Shown here piece by piece: positions 56,451 through 64,000 of a DNA stretch of 64,000 nucleotides. The translations under genes and the position numbers were made by a program. Within the stretch, counting starts at the first letter, position 1; every line of letters begins with the position of its first letter. The notes beneath the pieces were generated by a model. That model did no database searches. It was given only the letters and a program-made list of their open reading frames with translations, and was not told the DNA's origin. The stretch lies in contig OZ024742.1 in NCBI GenBank assembly GCA_964016885.1, positions 282,286,001-282,350,000 of the forward strand, written 5' to 3'. Source of the DNA: Eledone cirrhosa (Eukaryota).

Positions 56451-56759
56451 ATAACGTTACCTCTCTCCACAGCGCCAATGTTGTTCACGGTAAATACAAA
56501 GGCCTATATATATATATCACATTGCTGGGGAATTCTAAACCTAAAATATCATAACAGATATCGCAAGGCATCTCGTCCATCGCTCTAACATGTACACAAA
56601 GCCTCCGCCTTTAATTCATACTTTATTTATCTACCCCAAATGGTGAAGTGCAAAGTGTTGGAATAAATACCACAACATATTTGCGTCCGACGCCTATAGA
56701 AATATGTATTCGTTAATCTATGATCATTGTTTTATTTTCCGAAACTGCAGTGATACCCA

Positions 56760-57310
56760 GAGAGAGGTTGATTGAGTAGAAGGGAATGTCCATTTTTCGC
56801 TGTTTTTCCGCTCCCTTTGTCCTATGCGCGCCCCCGTTTTGAATATATATATTAGAAAGTGAGGTTTTTTTACAAAATGAAAAAAAAACGAGGTGTCCTA
56901 CACGAGTGAAAGTATAAGGAAAAAAGATGAAATCGAAAATGCAACTGGAGTCTTTTTTTATATATATATATATTTATTTGATTCCTTTCGCAGTTCTTGT
57001 GCTTTTCAAAAGTAGAATTGAGATGGAGGGTTTGTGGTTTTTCTCACATCTGGTTGGTGTTTGAGAATGTTACTTCTGTTTTATATGGGAAAAAGTGGCT
57101 CGAAATGCCAGGTTTTTCGAGAAGTAATTTAGTTGGTTGGTGAATAAGTATAAATTTCGCGCCAGTTCGCGTTACAAAGTTCTTATTATATTTGCCTTCA
57201 AAAAAAGGGGGGCTCAGGTTGTTTTTTCATATATAAGTGAAGTTTGGTTGGTTGATGCAGTCACGTGAATAAGCACATCAGCTTTCGCGCCAGTTATTGT
57301 TTGAATTTCT
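56760..57310. promoter_or_regulatory. Possible promoter-like region with E2F-type, E-box and CHR-type motifs
   Basis: TTTCGCGCC at 57155 and 57283, GTCACGTGA at 57260, TTTGAA at 57300, and local CpG enrichment. No associated exon was identified. Confidence 0.3.
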
Positions 57311-57365
57311 TTTTATTTAAAAAAGAGTGAGCCACTTTTTTTTAAGTAAAAAGAAATTAAAAAAA

Positions 57366-57396
<31 letters not shown>

Positions 57397-57473
57397 CATA
57401 ACGGGGAGCGCGCATAGGACAAAGATATATATATAGTACAAAGACGAATGTTTTCTCCCTTCATTACCTTTAT

Positions 57474-57661
57474 GTGACACGCGTTTCGCTACTGATCAGC
57501 TGTAGGTTCGATCTGTATCGATCAGTCCCGACTCTGGAATCAAAAGCTCGTCGGACATCTGTCATTACTACTACAGACATCCGACGAGCTTTTGATTCCA
57601 GAGTCGGGTCAGATCAATATAGATCAAACCTTCAGCTGATCAGTAGCGAAACGCGCGTCAC
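57474..57661. mobile_element. Fold-back element, 89-bp arms and 10-nt loop, with degenerate hammerhead-like ends
   Basis: 57474-57562 is the reverse complement of 57573-57661 with 9 mismatches and no indel. Outer pairing CCTTCATTAC/GTAATGAAGG extends it to ~57456-57685. Confidence 0.85.
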
Positions 57662-57686
57662 CAACCAATAAACGTAATGAAGGAGT

Positions 57687-57865
57687 GATTGGCAGTATCG
57701 GTCGAGGGTCGGACGCCATGCTTTGCAGCAAAGAGTTGCGGTCCTTTATGGTCTGAGTTCAAATCCCGCCGAGGTTAACTTTGCCTTTACGGGGTCAATA
57801 AAATGAAGTACTAGTAATGCACTGGGTAATTGCTGGCCTTGTGCCAAAAGTAGAAACAATTATTA
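57687..57865 (+). mobile_element. Near full-length tRNA-derived SINE, same family as 1391-1580
   Basis: A-box TGGCAGTATCGG, B-box GAGTTCAAATCCC, central GAGGTTAACTTTGCCTTT..CGGGGTCAATAAAAT, tail GGCCTTGTGCCAAAAGTAGAAACAATTATT. Confidence 0.88.
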
Positions 57866-58889
57866 TATAACACTCTGTCTAGCTCTACACCTCGATACTG
57901 ACGTGAACCTAAACATCGAGTGCTTTGTTTACATTGTCCGTAAAATTTACTTTCTTTTTGTCTAGCTTGTTGAATTATATTAGTTTTGAAATTTGTAGAT
58001 AATAATATACAGACTAACATGAAACTATATAAACAAGTAAATACAGAAGTAAATATAACCTTCAGTAAATTAATGAAATTAACTTTTGTGAGTAAATGTA
58101 ACTGCAGTTTAATCCTAGAAATTAAATGAAAATTAAAGAATAGTGAAGATTTTATACAGAGAATATCATAATTTGAGTAATATATGATCTAAATATATTA
58201 TATGTATTGATGGTGACTTATGTATGGTATTAGATTTTAATACATATGTAATAATTATTCAAATACGCTTTAATGATTAATTCTTTTAAAGTTGTTACAA
58301 AATATTTATAGAATATCTTACCTTAAAATTAAAAATAATAATCTATAATGAGTTAAATTAAATTATATAAATGTTTAATTAAACTATATATGTGATTGCT
58401 ATAGAAAATAATGTATACTGATTAATTTTGATATAATATAGAAGTATAATTAGCTAATGCATAATCAAATACTAAAGATATTCAATTGTTTAGTTGAATT
58501 GATCCAGTATTTGAAAACAACGGTTTTTTCTCTATGCCCCTCTATTTGATGTTTCCTTTATTTTCTTTATTTTCTCTACTCCCCTCTGTTCCATTTACTT
58601 TCCTTGCACCTTACCTCTTTTGTCGTTATTCCTCTTTTCTTTTTTATATATTTCTTTTACTCATTCATCCTTTTATTTTTTATTCTTTATTCATTTATCT
58701 GTTTATGCATGTATTTTTGTTTTGCCTTTCCTCTTCTTTACACCCTCTCTCATATCTCTAATTTGCTATACGTCCTTTTCTTCTTTAAGTTTATCATATT
58801 ATTTGTGGTATATAAACATTGAGATTTGATGAAATAAATCACTGCCAATACTGGAATTGTATAATCAAGACCGTAGCGGTATGTCATGT

Positions 58890-58977
58890 ATCAAATCATA
58901 TATTTTATCTGATGAAGATATTGAAAAAACAACACAGTACCTTTGAAATATATATATAATAAAGCATATATTTTGAT
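58890..58977 (+). ncRNA. Type I hammerhead ribozyme motif (AT-rich)
   Basis: TTTTAT-CTGATGA(58909-15)-AGATATTG..CAGTACCT-TT-GAAA(58945-48)-TATATATA-TA-ATAAAG. Stem III is palindromic (AT)5, the triplet is AUA, and stem I extends ATCAAA..ATATAT / ATATAT.TTTGAT. Confidence 0.5.
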
Positions 58978-59009
58978 TATGTGAATATACTTTATTTGTT
59001 AATATTTTG

Positions 59010-59068
<59 letters not shown>

Positions 59069-59162
59069 AAAAAAAGGAAAAGAATGACTTCACTTGTAGT
59101 GTTGAAACATTTTTTGATTTAATTTTATATTATAATATTATGAGTTGGTAGATCCAGTATAC

Positions 59163-59424
59163 TGCAATACACTGTATGGTTAATTTAAAGCATTTTGAAG
59201 ACCATACGATATTATTACTGGAATTCTATAAGAATCCAACTCACATAATTTTCATCAAACAGGGAGAGTAGTGAGCTTTGATAAGTACCAAGACGTACGA
59301 AACAGAGCTCTGTCAGCTTATCTGCCCTGTTTGCTCAATATTTAAGTAAGTGACATTGTTACTACTTTAAAACAATAGCGTATGGTCTTCAAAATGCTTT
59401 TAATTAAGCATACAGTGTATTGCA
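59163..59424. mobile_element. Element with ~54-bp terminal inverted repeats enclosing a hammerhead
   Basis: 59163-59216 matches the reverse complement of 59371-59424 with about 4 mismatches. Confidence 0.85.
59256..59333 (+). ncRNA. Type I hammerhead ribozyme, U3-A8 core variant
   Basis: CAAACAGGG..TGAGCT-TTGATAA(59278-84)-GTAC-CAAGAC-GTAC-GAA-ACAGAGCTCTGT-C(59314)-AGCTTA..CCCTGTTTG. All three stems pair and the triplet is GUC. Confidence 0.8.
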
Positions 59425-59477
59425 AAATACACTATATATACATTCATATATATATCACTATTTCAGAGCACCAATTC

Positions 59478-59509
<32 letters not shown>

Positions 59510-59512
<3 letters not shown>

Positions 59513-59686
59513 ACTAAAGAAATTAAAGAAATGATTTAGCCTGATAGTGGGGTTAAGAACCCTCGGATAAATGGAAAAAGATAAGTATTGACGTACATGT
59601 ACGTCAATACTCATCTTTTTCCATTTCTCCGAGGGTTCTTAACCCCACTATTAGGCTAAATTAATTTCTTTACTTTCTTTAGTCAA
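59510..59686. mobile_element. Loopless ~177-bp palindrome (fold-back)
   Basis: Centre ACGTACA|TGTACGT at 59597/59598, with ~88-bp arms carrying a few substitutions and one indel. The left end abuts (TA)n. Confidence 0.9.
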
Positions 59687-59752
59687 AATACGGCGATAGC
59701 TTACATTTCTAATAATTTCAAACCCACTCGCTGTTTCGAAAATATTCTTACT

Positions 59753-59928
<176 letters not shown>

Positions 59929-60023
59929 GTAATAATAAATTTGAAGACTAAAAACCAAAGAGGGTGAATTTAAGGGTGAAAGCAGCGATTCTTTGCTTAA
60001 ACTTTAATCTGTTATTTTAATAA

Positions 60024-60073
<50 letters not shown>

Positions 60074-60204
60074 AAGTCCAAAATTAAGATAAATGAATTA
60101 AATAAATTTAATCTAAATCGAAATCATGGCTGTCATGACATAATGCATGCGCCATATATCCTGAGAATTTAAGCTCAAAGATAAATAAATCTGAGCATAT
60201 TATA

Positions 60205-60847
60205 ATAACTAGAGATTGATTAACATATAAAAATACATGAATAATCACAGGAGATAATTTAAGCTTGCGTGTAACCACGCATAGCTAGTTTAGGCAATAT
60301 TTACCTTTAAGTGTGATTAACTTTCCTTGTATATATCCCATTAAAGAAATATATTTCACCAATTAATCAGATGGTAAGTCACAGAAAGTGGATATTATTG
60401 GATTGTCAACAAGGAAATGGATAATATCCAGCTATCCGCGCTTACAGAGTGAGATCAAATCTTCAACTATCCGTCACCACGTGTTGCGTCCACACGAGAT
60501 AGCGGTTTCGTTTCAGTGGCGTGAAAAGGTATTCGACAACTAGAAATAGCAGTCAAAATTCGTCTCAACAGAAATAGCTCTACAATTAAGGAGCCGTATA
60601 TATTGATCTCGCTCTGTAAGCTGGATATTATCCCTTTCCTTGTTGACAATCCAATAATATCCACTTTCCGTGACTTACCATCTGATTAATTGTTGAAATA
60701 TATTTCTTTAATGGGATATATACAAGGAAAGTTAATCACACTTAAAGGTAAATATTGCCTAAACTAGCTATGCGCGGTTACACGCAAGCTTAAATTATCT
60801 CCTGTGATTATTCATGTATTTTTATATGTTAATCAATCTCTAGTTAT
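60205..60847. mobile_element. Fold-back element with ~250-bp inverted arms and ~145-bp spacer
   Basis: 60205-60458 matches the reverse complement of 60603-60847 with about 5 substitutions and a 9-bp indel (~60432-60440). Confidence 0.93.
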
Positions 60848-60856
60848 GATATATAT

Positions 60857-60910
<54 letters not shown>

Positions 60911-60914
<4 letters not shown>

Positions 60915-61673
60915 ATAGAGAAATTAATGTGAGCAAGAAGCCAACAGTAATTTATAATATATAAGTGACTATTACGTCAAGATAGAAAATATTTAACGTA
61001 AGATATGGGTAAATAATTCAATCTCAATTCAAAAAAAGTCAAGACAGGAATTTTATCCACAGATCTTGTGTAATGCAGGGAAAAAAAACCAATAGAGTCT
61101 TAACTCAGAATAAAATTAAGGGTAAATACTTATCCTTCAATTTGGAAAAATCTACAAATGCTCTATATAGTCTTCAAAAGACTATTTCACGAAATTTTTC
61201 AGTGGGGTTAGTCACGGTTGGCACCGTTCATCAGTAGAGCTCAAACACGATAACCAAATACCACTGCTAAAATATGCCAGAAAGGGAATTTAAAAGCAGG
61301 CTAGTTACACCTCGTGTGGAATAAAGATAATAAATACACATGAAGAACAGGGCTAGTGACGTCAGAATGAGACGAATGAGTGTTTACAAGAAACAGCAGT
61401 CAAAACATTCCGAAAAAAAACTCAACAAAAGGTATGGAGTTCAGCATAAAGCAATATTATCGCGGTTTTTTTTTTAACCGGGATTAATCACAAATAATTT
61501 TAAGCATCTAGGAAAAATTCCGAGTATAAATATAAATGAAAATAGAGAAATTAATGTGAGCAATAAGCCAACAGTAATTCATACATATAAGTGACTATTA
61601 CGTCAAGATTGAAAATATTTAACGTAAGATATGGGAAAATAATTCAATCTCAATTCCAAAAAAGTCAAGACAG
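60911..61673 (-). mobile_element. ~760-bp non-coding element with ~137-bp direct terminal repeats and an internal hammerhead (retrozyme/PLE-like)
   Basis: 60911-61047 is repeated at 61538-61673 (offset ~627) with few differences. (TA)n flanks both sides, and no ORF of 60 aa or more lies inside. Confidence 0.8.
61160..61240 (-). ncRNA. Type I hammerhead ribozyme, canonical core
   Basis: Minus strand: GCTCTA-CTGATGA(61234-28)-ACG..33 nt..CGT-GAAA(61188-85)-TAGTCTT-TTG-AAGACTA-TA-TAGAGC. Stem I has 6 bp, stem III has 8 bp, and the triplet is AUA. Confidence 0.82.
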
Positions 61674-61708
<35 letters not shown>

Positions 61709-61801
61709 GAATATAAAAGAGAGATAATCACCTGATATAAACATACATGTGTTCAAATTGTGAGGGACCAAGTGCGCTAAAGTGAAAACAATACTAACTA
61801 T

Positions 61802-61862
<61 letters not shown>

Positions 61863-61946
61863 GAAGGTTGCTTAGATGCGTCCATAGGCGGTATGCCGGT
61901 TGAGCACTCGGAAATTGAGACGGAAGATTTGCCTCAAAATCGCTTG

Positions 61947-62039
61947 ACGTATCTGAGGAACGTGCGAATCCAGAGTCAGGTTCGATCCACAAATAGATCG
62001 TAACTCGACCTGTTCGCCGGAGAAACAATTGTAATATGT
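61947..62039 (+). ncRNA. Type I hammerhead motif with long rod-like stem II
   Basis: ACGTAT-CTGAGGA(61953-59)-[GCGAA..CAG..GTC..GTT.CGATC/GATCG.AAC..GAC.CTG.TTCGC]-GAAAC(62022-26)-AATT-GTA-ATATGT. Stem III is the palindrome ACAATTGT. The base of stem II is mismatched. Confidence 0.65.
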
Positions 62040-62123
62040 AAATAAATTCGATGCATCTCAATTGTAATATGTAAATAAATTCGATGCATCCCAATTGTAA
62101 TATGTAAGTAAATTCGATGCATC
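62026..62123. repeat. 33-bp tandem repeat x3
   Basis: CAATTGTAATATGTAAATAAATTCGATGCATC(T/C) at 62026, 62059 and 62092. Confidence 0.95.
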
Positions 62124-62379
62124 ACTGATTCTTGGTTTTCTATAATATATATATATATAAGTATCATCCAATCTGATTGATTAGTCAATGAATTTGTCAA
62201 ATATACTAAAGCATTTCTCTGACGGAAATCGAAAATGCTTTATAAGGAGGAGCTAATATTTAGATTGAAAACTACTGATCTAAATATAATGATACTCTAG
62301 AATTGTCTGGCTTCTGATGATTTCTGTTGGCATGAATAGGAATGGAATTCTATTGTTTTATATATGATATATCAATAGA

Positions 62380-63515
<1,136 letters not shown>

Positions 63516-63619
63516 GAAAAGAACTGAGAGTACGAAAGCTAATACGTCAGAAGTATCTTTGATTGACATTTTGTAAATAGGGAGCTGATGGTGCCGGAAA
63601 GGGATTTGGACATTTCTAT

Positions 63620-63819
63620 AGTGGTGGTGGTGGTGAAGGTGGTTCTCCTGGTCTGCTTGACATGATGGTGGTGGGAATGTTGGATATGGTGGTGGTGATG
63701 AAGTATGTGAGGATGGAGATGATGATGGTGGTGGTAGTGGGAAAGGAGGGTATGCTAATAGTGATTGTGTCATGATGGTGATGGTGGTGGTGGTGGTGGT
63801 TGTAAAGCGGTTATGGTGA

Positions 63820-63868
<49 letters not shown>

Positions 63869-63924
63869 GGTGGTGGTGGTGGTGGTGGTGGTGGTAGTCG
63901 TAGTGGTGGTGATGGAAGTGGTGG

Positions 63925-63955
<31 letters not shown>

Positions 63956-64000
63956 AGTGGTGGTGGTGGACTGGTGGTGGTGAAGGTGGAGGTGTTGTTG
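63620..64000. repeat. Imperfect (GGT)n/(GTT)n trinucleotide field
   Basis: Directly visible; runs off the window edge. Confidence 0.9.

Noticed and set aside
55724-56554. 276-aa poly-His/Ile/Gln ORF
   Set aside because: It is a by-product of (CAT)n, which is stop-poor in several frames, and has no domain content.
57690-57770. Possible tRNA gene (A and B boxes)
   Set aside because: No cloverleaf forms and it continues into a SINE body, so it is a SINE head.
60459-60602. Minus-strand CTGTTGA...CGAAACCG in the fold-back spacer
   Set aside because: The core is mutated and stems I and III do not pair.
62208-62350. Small hairpin AAAGCATTT/AAATGCTTT and a CTGATGA near 62314
   Set aside because: No correctly placed GAAA or three-stem junction.
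63524-63550. CTGAGAGTACGAAAG...GTC minimal hammerhead-like string
   Set aside because: The core is one base short and stems I and III are unpaired.

Overview
This is AT-rich eukaryotic DNA with no intact protein-coding gene. The SINE types and dense microsatellites suggest a cephalopod or octopus-like genome (inference). About 52 kb (~3.5-55.4 kb) is one strand-asymmetric ~110-bp satellite, layered into domains with different higher-order periods (~3.5 kb; ~2.45/2.67 kb nested in ~10.8 kb; ~4.08 kb x3). Nearly all ORFs in the track are artefacts of this array or of microsatellites. The flanks hold tRNA-derived SINEs, a decayed restriction-like-endonuclease retrotransposon fragment and four fold-back elements. 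The main observation is five type I hammerhead ribozyme motifs plus one degenerate pair, all with different sequences. Most have self-complementary stem III and unusually long or branched stem II, and one has a compensatory U3-A8 core. They sit in short non-coding cassettes between (TA)n tracts, some with direct or inverted terminal repeats. This looks like a diverse set of non-autonomous Penelope-like or retrozyme-like elements. All structures were folded by eye and activity is untested.
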